A stretch of DNA of 40,000 bases from Pseudoxanthobacter sp. M-2 (GTDB lineage Bacteria; Pseudomonadota; Alphaproteobacteria; Rhizobiales; Segnochrobactraceae), in assembly GCF_046156265.1 (NCBI RefSeq), contig NZ_JAWDIR010000046.1:91358-131357 (forward strand), written 5' to 3'. The translations under genes were made by a program, and so were the position numbers. Shown here piece by piece: positions 8,615 through 17,935 of this stretch. How positions within the stretch are numbered: the stretch's first letter is position 1; each line of letters opens with the position of its first letter. The notes beneath the pieces are model-generated. The model saw only the letters and a list, made by a program, of their open reading frames with translations, was not told the DNA's origin and searched no databases.

Positions 8615-9880
8615 ATGCGTCCGTCGGTCATCGCGATCGCCATCCTCGTCGCGTGCGGCGCCGGTGCCTATGCCTATATGAACGACCACCTGCCACCGGT
8701 GGTGAGCGACCGCATCGACGCGGCACTCGCCCAGGTGGCGGTGTTGCGTGGCGGTGACGCGTCCCGGCCGGCGGGCACGGGTGCACCCGGCGGTCAACCG
8801 CCGGCGGGCCAGGCTTCCACGGGCCAAGCGCCTGCGGGTCAGGCCCCAGTTGGCGGGCCTCCGGCGGCGGCAGCGGGCGGTGCGCCAGCCGCGGGCGGGC
8901 GTCCCGGCGGCCGCGGGCCGACACCGGTCGAGGTCGCGCAGGCCGAATCCGCCGAGCCGCTCGAGGAGATCCGCTCAGTCGGCAACCTGCTCGCCGACGA
9001 ATCCGTGCAGATCGCGCCCGAACAGGCCGGCCGCGTCGCCGCCATCCGCTTCGAAGAGGGCCAGGCCGTCGCCGAGGGCGAGGAACTCGTCAAGCTCGAC
9101 GACACCCTGCTCGCCGCCGAGGCGCAGGAAGTGCAGGCGCGCGCCGAACTCGCACAGGCGAACTACGACCGCGCGAGCTCGCTGTCGCGGACGGGTTCGG
9201 GCACACAGCGCACGCTCGACGAGGCGCTGGCCGACCGCCTCACCTCCAACGCTCTCCTGCTGCTCATCGAGTCGCGCCTGGAGAAGACGTCGATCAAGGC
9301 GCCGTTCCCCGGGATCATGGGGCTGCGGTCGGTGTCGGTCGGCGCCTATGTCGAGCCCGGCCGCAACATCGCGACGCTCGACAAGATCGACATCGTCAAG
9401 GTCGAGTTCACCATCCCGGAGCGCAATCTGACTGACGTGCGCGTCGGCTATGCCGTCGAGGTCCGCGTCGACGCCTATCCCGACCGCGTCTTCCGCGGCG
9501 AGATCTACGCGATCGACCCGCAGGTCGACGTCAACGGCCGCTCGCTCAAGGTGCGCGCGCGGCTGCCGAACCCGGACCTGTCGCTGCGGCCGGGCCTGTT
9601 CGCCCGCGTCGTCGTGCAGGGCGCCTCGCGCGGCGAGGTGGTGCTGGTGCCGGAGGGGGCAATCGTGCCGCGCGGCGGCGAGAGCTTCGTCTACAAGGTC
9701 AGCGACGGCAAGGTCGAGGAGGCGAAGGTCGAGCTCGGCCGCCGTCGCGCGGGTCTGGTGGAGCTGACGACCGGAATTGCCGCCGGCGACACCGTCGTCG
9801 TCGCCGGCCACGCCCGCCTGAGGAACGGCGCCCCGGTGGAGATCGTCGTCCGCCAGACGGACGCGGCGAGCGGCGGCTGA
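8615..9880 (+). CDS. Efflux RND transporter periplasmic adaptor (membrane fusion protein) with a low-complexity Gly/Pro/Ala/Gln linker
   Basis: GGAG SD before the ATG at 8615. N-terminal transmembrane segment. Coiled-coil hairpin (LLAAEAQEVQARAELAQANYDRASSL), lipoyl and beta-barrel segments (IKAPFPGIMG; FRGEIYAIDPQVD; LRPGLFARV). Lies immediately upstream of the RND pump. Confidence 0.85.
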   Translation: MRPSVIAIAILVACGAGAYAYMNDHLPPVVSDRIDAALAQVAVLRGGDASRPAGTGAPGGQPPAGQASTGQAPAGQAPVGGPPAAAAGGAPAAGGRPGGRGPTPVEVAQAESAEPLEEIRSVGNLLADESVQIAPEQAGRVAAIRFEEGQAVAEGEELVKLDDTLLAAEAQEVQARAELAQANYDRASSLSRTGSGTQRTLDEALADRLTSNALLLLIESRLEKTSIKAPFPGIMGLRSVSVGAYVEPGRNIATLDKIDIVKVEFTIPERNLTDVRVGYAVEVRVDAYPDRVFRGEIYAIDPQVDVNGRSLKVRARLPNPDLSLRPGLFARVVVQGASRGEVVLVPEGAIVPRGGESFVYKVSDGKVEEAKVELGRRRAGLVELTTGIAAGDTVVVAGHARLRNGAPVEIVVRQTDAASGG

Positions 9881-9898
9881 GCCGAGAGGGAGCCCGCC

Positions 9899-12800
9899 AT
9901 GCGCATCTCCGAGATCTGCATCGAGCGCCCCGTCTTCGCGACGGTGATGAGCCTCATCCTCGTGCTCGTCGGCATCGTCTCCTACGACCGCCTGAACGTG
10001 CGCGAGTACCCGGCGATCGAGGAGCCGACGGTGTCGGTGGTGTCGCGCTATCCCGGCGCCTCCGCCCGCATCATCGAGACCCAGGTGACGCAGGTGCTGG
10101 AAGGCTCGATCGCCGGCATCGAAGGCATCGACGTCCTCGAGTCGACCAGCCGCTCGGAGACGAGCCGCATCACGGTGCGCTTCAAGCTCGGCGTCGACCC
10201 CGACGTCGCCGCCTCGGACGTGCGCGACCGCGTCAGCCGCGTGCGCGGCCGCCTGCCCGACGAGATCGACGAGCCGGTCATCTCAAAGGTCGAGGCCGAC
10301 GCCCAGCCGGTGATGTTCCTCGCCTTCAACAGCGAGACGCTGAACCAGCTCGAGCTCACCGACTTCGTCGACCGCTTCGTGCTCGATCGCCTGAAGACGC
10401 TGCTCGGCGTCGCCGACGTGCAGATCTTCGGCGAGCGGCGCTACGCCATGCGCATCTGGGTCGATCGCGAGCGGCTCGCCGCCTACAACATGACCGTCCA
10501 GGAGGTCGAGAACGCCATCCGGGCGCAGAACGTCGAACTGCCGTCCGGGCGCATCGAGAGCGTCGACCGCGAATTCTCGGTGTTGTCGAAGACCGGGCTG
10601 ACGACGCCGGAGGAGTTCGGCGCGATCGTCGTCAAGCTCGCCGACGGCGGTCATCAGGTCCGCCTGCAGGATGTCGCGCGGGTGGCGCTCGGCGCCTATG
10701 ACGAGCGCCGCGCCAGCCGCTTCTCGGGCAAGCCGGCGGTGGCCGTCGGCATCATCAAGCAGGCGACCGCCAATCCGCTCGACGTCTCGAAGGCGGTGCG
10801 CGCCGAGCTGCCGGCGATCGAGGAACTGCTGCCCGAAGGCGTCAGCGTGACGATCGGCAACGACCAAGCCGTCTTCATCGACCGCTCGATCCAGGCGGTG
10901 TTCATCACCATCGCCGAGGCGACCGTGCTCGTCGTGCTGGTGATCTTCTTCTTCCTGCGGACGGTGCGCGCCTCGGTCATCCCGATCGTGACAATCCCGG
11001 TGTCGCTGATCGCCACCTTCACGCTGATGTTCGCGCTCGGCTTCTCGATCAACACGCTGACGCTGCTCGCGATGGTGCTCGCCATCGGCCTCGTCGTCGA
11101 CGACGCCATCGTCGTGCTCGAGAACATCTACCGCCACGTCGAGGAGGGCATGCCGCCGAAGAAGGCGGCCATGGTCGGTGCCAAGGAGATCGGCTTCGCC
11201 GTCGTGGCGATGACCCTGACGCTCGCGGCCGTCTATGCGCCGGTGGCGTTCGCGCCGGGGCGAACGGGGCGCCTGTTCCTCGAGTTCGCGCTGACGCTCG
11301 CCGGCGCGGTGCTCGTCTCCGGCTTCGTCGCGCTGACGCTGACGCCGATGATGTGCTCCAAGCTCCTGAAGCACAATCCGAAGCCGAGCCTGTTCTTCCG
11401 TGTGCTGGAGAGCGCCTTCCGCGGCCTCGAGCGCGGCTATCGCGGCGCGGTGAAGTTCGCCATCGCCGGCCGCTTCCTGGTGGTGCTGCTCGCCATCGGC
11501 GTCGCCGGTGCGGCGGCGTTCTACTACACGAGCCTGCGCTCTGAACTCGCGCCGATCGAGGACCGTGGCACCATCTCCGGCTTCGGCACGGCGCCGGAAG
11601 GCTCGACCATCCAGTACACCGAGCGCTATGCGCGCGACCTCGAGGCGATCCTCGCCGAGGTGCCGGAGGTGCGTGGCTATCTGACGGTGATCGGCTTCCC
11701 GCAGTCGACCAACATGATCGCCTACGCCAACCTCGAGGACTGGGAGGACCGCGACCGCAAGCAGCAGGACATCGTCGCCGAGCTGTTCCCGAAGGTGTCG
11801 CGCATTCCCGGCATGCAGGTGTTCGTCTCGAACCCGCCCTCGCTCGGCCAGCGCGGCTTCGGCAAGCCCGTGCAGCTCGTCATCCAGACCTCGGGCACCT
11901 ACGAGGAGCTCGACCAGTACGTCGACCGGGTGTTCGCCCGCGCCGCCGAGAACCCCGGCCTGACGGGTCTCGACACCGACCTCAAGCTGAACACGCCTGA
12001 GATCACCATCGGCATCGACCGCCAGAAGGTCGCCGACCTCGGCCTCGACGTCTCGGTGATCGGGCGGACGCTCGAGACGCTGCTCGGCGGCCGCCAGGTG
12101 ACGCGCTTCGAGCGCGATGGCGAGCAGTACGACGTGATGGTGCAGCTCGATGCCGACGCCCGCACGACGCCGCAGGCGCTCGAGACGATCTACGTGCGGG
12201 CGCCGACCGGCGAGATGGTGCAGCTCTCGAACGTCGTCACCATCGAGGAGACGGTGTCGCCGCGCGAGCTGAAGCGCTTCAACCAGCTGCGCTCGGCGGA
12301 GGTGCAGGCGAACCTCGCCCCCGGCTACACGATGGGCGAGGCACTGGAGTTCCTGACGACGGTCGCCCGCGAGGAGCTGCCGCAGACCGTCCAGCTCGAC
12401 TATTCCGGCCAGAGCCGCGAGTTCGTCTCCACCGGCCAGAGCCTCGCCTTCGTCTTCGTGCTGGCGCTGGTGTTCATCTATCTCGTGCTCGCCGCGCAGT
12501 TCGAGAGCTTCGTCGACCCGTTCATCATCCTGTTGACCGTGCCCCTCTCGATGACGGGGGCGCTCGCGGCGCTCTACTACACGGGCGGGACGCTGAACGT
12601 TTACTCGCAGATAGGACTGATCACACTCGTTGGGCTGATCACCAAGCACGGCATCCTGATCGTCGAGTTCACCAACCAGCTGCAGGAGCAGGGCCGGGAG
12701 CGTCGCGAGGCGATCATCGAGGCGGCGACGCTGCGCCTGCGCCCGATCCTGATGACGACGGGCGCGATGGTGCTCGGCGCGGTGCCACTGGCGCTCGCCA

Positions 12801-12979
12801 CCGGCGCCGGTGCCGAGAGCCGCCAGCAGATCGGCTGGGTGATCGTCGGCGGCATGACCTTCGGGACGCTGCTGACGCTGTTCGTCGTGCCGGCGGTGCT
12901 GGCGATCGTCGGCCGGAGGCGCAAGCATGCCGTGACACCGGCGGCGCCCGCGGAGCCGCACCCCGCCCCGGCGGAGTGA
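9899..12979 (+). CDS. Efflux RND transporter permease (AcrB/HAE1-type, 12 TM)
   Basis: 1026 aa. N-terminus MRISEICIERPVFATVMSLILVLVG. Internal-repeat architecture with conserved VVDDAIVVLENI and GLITKHGILIVEF motifs. Confidence 0.92.
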   Translation: MRISEICIERPVFATVMSLILVLVGIVSYDRLNVREYPAIEEPTVSVVSRYPGASARIIETQVTQVLEGSIAGIEGIDVLESTSRSETSRITVRFKLGVDPDVAASDVRDRVSRVRGRLPDEIDEPVISKVEADAQPVMFLAFNSETLNQLELTDFVDRFVLDRLKTLLGVADVQIFGERRYAMRIWVDRERLAAYNMTVQEVENAIRAQNVELPSGRIESVDREFSVLSKTGLTTPEEFGAIVVKLADGGHQVRLQDVARVALGAYDERRASRFSGKPAVAVGIIKQATANPLDVSKAVRAELPAIEELLPEGVSVTIGNDQAVFIDRSIQAVFITIAEATVLVVLVIFFFLRTVRASVIPIVTIPVSLIATFTLMFALGFSINTLTLLAMVLAIGLVVDDAIVVLENIYRHVEEGMPPKKAAMVGAKEIGFAVVAMTLTLAAVYAPVAFAPGRTGRLFLEFALTLAGAVLVSGFVALTLTPMMCSKLLKHNPKPSLFFRVLESAFRGLERGYRGAVKFAIAGRFLVVLLAIGVAGAAAFYYTSLRSELAPIEDRGTISGFGTAPEGSTIQYTERYARDLEAILAEVPEVRGYLTVIGFPQSTNMIAYANLEDWEDRDRKQQDIVAELFPKVSRIPGMQVFVSNPPSLGQRGFGKPVQLVIQTSGTYEELDQYVDRVFARAAENPGLTGLDTDLKLNTPEITIGIDRQKVADLGLDVSVIGRTLETLLGGRQVTRFERDGEQYDVMVQLDADARTTPQALETIYVRAPTGEMVQLSNVVTIEETVSPRELKRFNQLRSAEVQANLAPGYTMGEALEFLTTVAREELPQTVQLDYSGQSREFVSTGQSLAFVFVLALVFIYLVLAAQFESFVDPFIILLTVPLSMTGALAALYYTGGTLNVYSQIGLITLVGLITKHGILIVEFTNQLQEQGRERREAIIEAATLRLRPILMTTGAMVLGAVPLALATGAGAESRQQIGWVIVGGMTFGTLLTLFVVPAVLAIVGRRRKHAVTPAAPAEPHPAPAE

Positions 12980-13027
12980 GGGCGGGGACGCTTTAGCTCG
13001 GGCCGTCTTCGCCCCGTTCAACCCTCT

Positions 13028-13100
13028 CGAGCGCAATCGCTCGTGTTGAGCGCCGCGCGCGCGGACAGGGATGGGTTCCCGGGACAAGCCCGGGAATGAC
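13028..13100. repeat. REP-like intergenic palindromic element (two hairpins)
   Basis: CGAGCG-CAAT-CGCTCG at 13028-13043. TTCCCGGG-ACAAG-CCCGGGAA at 13076-13096, followed by TGAC. Motifs of the form ...TTCCCGGG...CCCGGGAATGAC recur in intergenic regions of many Rhizobiales genomes, from my recollection. Only one copy occurs in this window. Confidence 0.3.
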
Positions 13101-13207
13101 TACGGAGAGGGAGGAGGGGAAGGGCGGACGCGAGAGCAGTCGTCGCCGGGGTTGGGCGTGCGGGAGGAGAGGCGGGTCGGGCCGGTCAAGCGGCCTTGCG
13201 CCGCCGC

Positions 13208-14125
13208 TCAGGCCGCTTCCGACACCGGGCTCGACTCGTCGTCGGAGTCGCCTGCCATCACCTCGACCACCACTTCCATGCCGGTGAAGGCGCCGGCCGG
13301 GCCGCTGTAGCTGCCTGCAATCGGGATCGCCTGCGACGGGTCGCGGGTGACGGCGACGCGGATCAGGCTGTTCGAGCCGATCAGGCCGTTCGTCGGGTCG
13401 TATTCGACCCAGCCGGCGCCCGGCAGGTAGACCTCGAGCCAGGCGTGCGTCGCGCCCGAGCCCTGGATGCCGCTGTTGGCGGCGGAATCGAGGGCCGGGT
13501 CGTAGAGATAGCCAGAGACGAAGCGCGTCGCGAAGCCGAGCGAGCGCAGCGCCTCCATCATCAGGAGCGCGAAGTCGCGGCAGGTGCCACTGCCGAGGTG
13601 CAGCGTCTCGAGCGGCGCCTGCGTGCCCTCGTCGGCGCGGGCCTGGTAGGTGAAGCCCTTGTGGATGCCCGAGTTGATGTCGGCGAGCAGGGCGAGCGTG
13701 TCAGTGACGTCGCTCGCCACGAACCCCTTCGCCCACGTCGCCACTTCGCCCTTGGGATCGGAGTGCTGCAGCTCGAGCAACCGGCCGAGATCGGCGCGGT
13801 CGTCGGCGCTGTAGATGAACGGGTAGCGCTCGGCCGCCGGGTCGATCGGCGGGCGGGGCCCCTCCAGCGCGTAGCGGTCGAGGACGAGGACGCTCTCGAC
13901 GAGCAGCTCCGTCGCCGGCTCGTCGAAGGTCATGAAGGCGACCGAGTTGCCGAAGACGTCGTGCGCCCAGCGCACGTGGGCGCCCGGCGACAGCGTCATG
14001 CGCGCGTCGACGAGGCGCAGGTCGTGGCTGTCGCGCGGGCGCAGCATCATGCGGTGCTCGCCGAACTCGACGGGCACCGCGTAGGAGTAGGTGGTCCGGT
14101 GGCGGACGGTGAGGCGCTTGGCCAT
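13208..14125 (-). CDS. Transglutaminase-like cysteine protease family protein (N-terminal Bact_transglu_N-like domain plus transglutaminase core)
   Basis: N-terminus MAKRLTVRHRTTYSY is typical of the family. Catalytic Cys context GSGTCRDFALLMMEALRSLG, then HAWLEVYLPGAGWVEYDPTN (His/Asp). Confidence 0.85.
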   Translation of the reverse strand: MAKRLTVRHRTTYSYAVPVEFGEHRMMLRPRDSHDLRLVDARMTLSPGAHVRWAHDVFGNSVAFMTFDEPATELLVESVLVLDRYALEGPRPPIDPAAERYPFIYSADDRADLGRLLELQHSDPKGEVATWAKGFVASDVTDTLALLADINSGIHKGFTYQARADEGTQAPLETLHLGSGTCRDFALLMMEALRSLGFATRFVSGYLYDPALDSAANSGIQGSGATHAWLEVYLPGAGWVEYDPTNGLIGSNSLIRVAVTRDPSQAIPIAGSYSGPAGAFTGMEVVVEVMAGDSDDESSPVSEAA

Positions 14126-14209
14126 GGGAAGAGACTTTCGTTGCGGCGGGCGGAGGCCGATGCTCTCCGCCCATATGGGGTCCCTCGACCCCGTTTGCCT
14201 GCGCCCGGA

Positions 14210-14398
14210 CTACTTCGGCCCGAACAGCAGCCAGAGCAGCAGGCCGAGAACCGGCAGCACCAGAATGACGAGCACCCAGATGACCTTGGCCATCGTCGAC
14301 GCGCCGGAGTTGATGATCTTGATGATGGCGTAGATGTCGAACGCCAGAATGATGAGGCCGAGCAGGCCTCCGACTTCGATCCCCATGATGATCTCCAT
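14210..14398 (-). CDS. PLDc_N-like small membrane protein (two TM helices)
   Basis: GLLGLIILAFDIYAIIKIINS...KVIWVLVILVLPVLGLLLWLLFGPK matches the PLD-nuclease N-terminal small-protein pattern. The true start may be the internal ATG at 14386, which has a GGAG 6 nt upstream. Confidence 0.6.
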   Translation of the reverse strand: MEIIMGIEVGGLLGLIILAFDIYAIIKIINSGASTMAKVIWVLVILVLPVLGLLLWLLFGPK

Positions 14399-14808
14399 GC
14401 ACCGGGTCGGCGCGAGGTGCGCCGTCAGAGCCCCGTTAACGCCGCCGGGCCGCGCCGGTTCCGGCCTTTCGCTTGCCCCCGGCCGGGGAAGAAGTTAAGA
14501 GAGCCGCGTCGCGACCCGCTGCCGAGCCATCGGCGGCGGATGCGGCGTTGCGGTGGTCTTCGCCAAGGCGGAGCGGGCCGCGGTGCCGCGCGGGTGGTGG
14601 GACGGCCGGGCCGTCCGTTGCCGCCGGTCGCGACGAGACTGAGCGCCGCCTCGTCAGATCGCACGCGCCGGGCCGCCGGGAGAACCGGCGGCTGCCCCGC
14701 GGCCGCCGCGTCCCGTCAAGGGACGGCGGGCGCCGGGCCGGTTCGACGGACGGCCCCATCAACGCGAACCCAGCCGGCGCCTGGCCGACAGTGGCCTACG
14801 GAGACCGA

Positions 14809-16515
14809 ATGCCCGCTCTTTCCACCATGAACCCCTCCCGCGACGATTTCGCGGCCCTGCTCGACGAGTCCTTCACCCGCAACGAGATGCACGAAGGCTC
14901 GGTGGTCAAGGGCATCGTCGTCGCGATCGAGAAGGACCTCGCCGTCATCGACGTCGGCCTGAAGGTCGAGGGCCGCGTCGCCCTCAAGGAATTCGGAACG
15001 AAGGCCCGCGACGGCCTGCTCAACGTCGGCGACGAGGTCGAGGTCTACCTGGAGCGCGTCGAGAATGCGCTCGGCGAGGCCGTGCTGTCGCGCGAGAAGG
15101 CGCGGCGCGAGGAGAGCTGGGTCCGCCTCGAGGAGTTCTTCAACAAGGGCGAGAAGGTCACCGGCCAGATCTTCAACCAGGTCAAGGGCGGCTTCACCGT
15201 CGACCTCGACGGCGCCGTGGCGTTCCTGCCGCGCTCCCAGGTCGACATCCGCCCGGTGCGCGACGTCGGCCCGCTGATGAACACGCCGCAGCCCTTCCAG
15301 ATCCTCAAGATGGACAAGCGGCGCGGCAACATCGTCGTCTCCCGCCGCGTCGTGCTGGAAGAGACCCGCGCCGAGCAGCGCTCGGAGCTCGTCCAGAGCC
15401 TCGAGGAAGGCCAGATCATCGAGGGCGTCGTCAAGAACATCACCGACTACGGTGCGTTCGTCGACCTCGGCGGCATCGACGGCCTGCTGCATGTCACCGA
15501 CATGGCCTGGCGCCGCGTCAACCATCCGTCCGAGATCCTGACGATCGGCCAGACGGTCCGGGTGCAGATCATCCGCGTCAACCACGAGACGCACCGCATC
15601 TCGCTCGGCATGAAGCAGCTGATGGCCGATCCGTGGGACGGCATCGAGGCGAAGTATCCGGTGGATGCGCGCTTCAAGGGCCGCGTCACCAACATCACCG
15701 ACTACGGCGCGTTCGTCGAGCTGGAGCCGGGGATCGAGGGCCTCATCCACGTCTCCGAGATGAGCTGGACGAAGAAGAACGTCCACCCCGGCAAGATCGT
15801 CTCCACCTCCCAGGAGGTCGAGGTGATGATCCTCGAGGTGGATCCGGTGAAGCGCCGCATCTCGCTCGGCCTGAAGCAGACCCTGCACAACCCGTGGGAG
15901 GTCTTCATCGAGAAGTACCCGCCGGGCACGGTGGTCGAGGGCGAGGTCAAGAACAAGACCGAGTTCGGCCTGTTCCTGGGCCTCGACGGCGACGTCGACG
16001 GCATGGTGCACCTCTCCGACCTCGACTGGAACCGTCCGGGCGAGCAGGTCATCGAGGAGTTCCGCAAGGGCGAGATGGTCAAGGCGCAGGTCCTCGACGT
16101 CGACGTCGAGAAGGAGCGCATCTCGCTGGGCATCAAGCAGCTCGCCGGGGACCCCTTCGCCGACGCCGGCGAGATCAAGAAGGGCCAGATCGTCACCTGC
16201 GAGATCACCGACGTGAAGGAAGGCGGCATCGAGGTGAAGCTGATCGGGACCGATCTCTCCACCTTCATCCGTCGCTCCGATCTCGCCCGTGATCGTGGCG
16301 ACCAGCGGCCGGAGCGGTTCGCCGCCGGCGAGAAGGTCGACGCCCGCGTCATCCAGTTCGACCGCCGCGCCCGCAAGGTGCAGGTGTCGATCAAGGCGCT
16401 GGAGATCGCCGAGGAGAAGGAGGCCGTCGCGCAGTTCGGTTCGTCCGACTCGGGCGCCTCGCTCGGCGACATCCTGGGTGCTGCCCTGAAGGCCCGCCAG
16501 GAAGGCGAGAAGTAA
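14809..16515 (+). CDS. rpsA: 30S ribosomal protein S1 (six S1 domains)
   Basis: GGAG at 14800-14803 lies 5 nt before the ATG at 14809, giving about 568 aa. Contains repeated S1 motifs (ITDYGAFVDLGGIDGLLHVTDM; ITDYGAFVELEPGIEGLIHVSEM). The track's extension back to 14473 is Arg/Pro-rich non-coding-like sequence. Confidence 0.95.
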   Translation: MPALSTMNPSRDDFAALLDESFTRNEMHEGSVVKGIVVAIEKDLAVIDVGLKVEGRVALKEFGTKARDGLLNVGDEVEVYLERVENALGEAVLSREKARREESWVRLEEFFNKGEKVTGQIFNQVKGGFTVDLDGAVAFLPRSQVDIRPVRDVGPLMNTPQPFQILKMDKRRGNIVVSRRVVLEETRAEQRSELVQSLEEGQIIEGVVKNITDYGAFVDLGGIDGLLHVTDMAWRRVNHPSEILTIGQTVRVQIIRVNHETHRISLGMKQLMADPWDGIEAKYPVDARFKGRVTNITDYGAFVELEPGIEGLIHVSEMSWTKKNVHPGKIVSTSQEVEVMILEVDPVKRRISLGLKQTLHNPWEVFIEKYPPGTVVEGEVKNKTEFGLFLGLDGDVDGMVHLSDLDWNRPGEQVIEEFRKGEMVKAQVLDVDVEKERISLGIKQLAGDPFADAGEIKKGQIVTCEITDVKEGGIEVKLIGTDLSTFIRRSDLARDRGDQRPERFAAGEKVDARVIQFDRRARKVQVSIKALEIAEEKEAVAQFGSSDSGASLGDILGAALKARQEGEK

Positions 16516-16529
16516 GATCCGACGACAAG

Positions 16530-16565
16530 GCGGCGGCCGGGCACCCCGGCCGCCGCTGCTTTCCC
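16530..16565 (+). terminator. Rho-independent terminator-like hairpin after rpsA
   Basis: GCGGCGGCCGGG (16530-16541), a CAC loop, then CCCGGCCGCCGC (16545-16556): a perfect 12-bp GC stem followed by TGCTTTCCCC. The T-tract is short. Confidence 0.55.
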
Positions 16566-16591
16566 CTGAGTTATTGCGGAGCTAGCGCCCG

Positions 16592-17590
16592 ATGGCCCTC
16601 GACGCCGATGCGATCGTCGACCGGCGGCGCCTGCGGCGCTCGCTGACCCTCTGGCGGACCCTCGCCATCCTGCTCGTCGCCGCCGCGATCGGCGTCGCCG
16701 CCTTCGCCTTCGGCGGCAGCGACTGGCTGGCGCGGCACGAGCCGCACATCGCCCGCCTCACCATTTCCGGCGTCATCACCGACGATCGCCGCCAGGTCCG
16801 GCTCATCGAGCGGATGGCCGAGAGCCCCTCGGTTGCCGGCGTCATCGTCTCGATCAACAGTCCCGGCGGCACCACGGTCGGCGGCGAGGTGCTCTACGAG
16901 GCGCTGCGCAAACTGGCTGAGAAGAAGCCGGTCGTCGCCCACATCGCCACCCTCGGCGCCTCCGCCGGCTACCTCACCGCGATCGCCGCCGACCACATCG
17001 TCGCTCGCCGCAATGCCATCACCGGATCGATCGGCGTCCTCTTCCAGTACGGCGACGCCGCCGGCCTGCTCGACACCCTCGGCATCCGCCTCGACGCCGC
17101 CAAGAGCGGCAGCCTGAAGGCCGAGCCCGCCCCGTGGGCGCCGGCGAGCGAGGAGGCGAAGGCAGTGCTGCAGGGCGTCGTCGAGGACAGCTTCGTCTGG
17201 TTCCGGGACCTCGTCGTCGAGCGGCGCGGCCTCGACGCGGCCGATGTCACCCTGTTCTCCGACGGCCGCATCTTCACCGGCCACCAGGCGGTCGAAGCCG
17301 GCCTCGTCGACGCTCTCGGTGGCGAGGACGCGGCGGTCGACTGGATGGAGCGCGAACGTGGCGTCAACGCCGACCTGCCAGTGCGCGACTGGCGCCTGCC
17401 GTCGGAAGGCTCGGGCGTGCCGTTCCTCTCGGCCCTCGGCGAGGGCTTCGGCCGCTCGCTCGCGCGGACGTTGCTGGAATCGGCGGGATTTCCGATCGTC
17501 GAGGGGGAGGGCCGCCTTGACGGTCTGAGGTCGCTTTGGCAGGCTCCGGCCCTGGAGCGAGGCGATCGCTTCGAGGGGGCGACACGATGA
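16592..17590 (+). CDS. sppA: Signal peptide peptidase SppA, 36K type (S49 family)
   Basis: N-terminal transmembrane segment. Motifs [19 protein letters not shown] and [27 protein letters not shown] (catalytic Ser context). Confidence 0.85.
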   Translation: MALDADAIVDRRRLRRSLTLWRTLAILLVAAAIGVAAFAFGGSDWLARHEPHIARLTISGVITDDRRQVRLIERMAESPSVAGVIVSINSPGGTTVGGEVLYEALRKLAEKKPVVAHIATLGASAGYLTAIAADHIVARRNAITGSIGVLFQYGDAAGLLDTLGIRLDAAKSGSLKAEPAPWAPASEEAKAVLQGVVEDSFVWFRDLVVERRGLDAADVTLFSDGRIFTGHQAVEAGLVDALGGEDAAVDWMERERGVNADLPVRDWRLPSEGSGVPFLSALGEGFGRSLARTLLESAGFPIVEGEGRLDGLRSLWQAPALERGDRFEGATR

Positions 17591-17877
17591 TCAAGTCCGA
17601 GCTCGTCCAGAAGATCGCCGAACGCAACCCCCACCTCTACCAGCGCGACGTCGAGAACATCGTCAACGCCATCCTCGACGAGGTGGTGAATGCGATGGCG
17701 CGCGGCGACCGGGTGGAGCTGCGCGGCTTCGGAGCGTTCTCGGTGAAGAACCGGCCGGCGCGCACCGGGCGGAACCCCCGCACCGGTACGCAAGTTTCGG
17801 TGGCGGAGAAGTACGTGCCGTTCTTCAAGACCGGCAAGGAAATGCGCGAGCGCCTCAACGGCGGCCGCGACGATTGA
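17587..17877 (+). CDS. ihfB: Integration host factor subunit beta
   Basis: [33 protein letters not shown]...[26 protein letters not shown] is a near-textbook IHF-beta sequence. The ATG overlaps the sppA stop (ATGA). The track ORF from 17536 is an upstream extension. Confidence 0.92.
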   Translation: MIKSELVQKIAERNPHLYQRDVENIVNAILDEVVNAMARGDRVELRGFGAFSVKNRPARTGRNPRTGTQVSVAEKYVPFFKTGKEMRERLNGGRDD

Positions 17878-17935
17878 CCCCGTGCCGGCGGCCGCGCGTG
17901 CCGCCGACGGCGGAACGCAGGGAGAGACGATCGGC

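Noticed and set aside
10283-13087. 934-aa minus-strand ORF antisense to the RND pump
   Set aside because: Same artefact. It mirrors a strongly supported 1026-aa AcrB-type gene, and its composition is dominated by R, D, E, G, A and H repeats with no motifs.
13196-14830. 544-aa plus-strand ORF covering the transglutaminase antisense strand and the rpsA leader
   Set aside because: Low-complexity Arg/Ala/Gly translation, antisense to a motif-bearing gene. It runs through intergenic sequence with no SD or start support.
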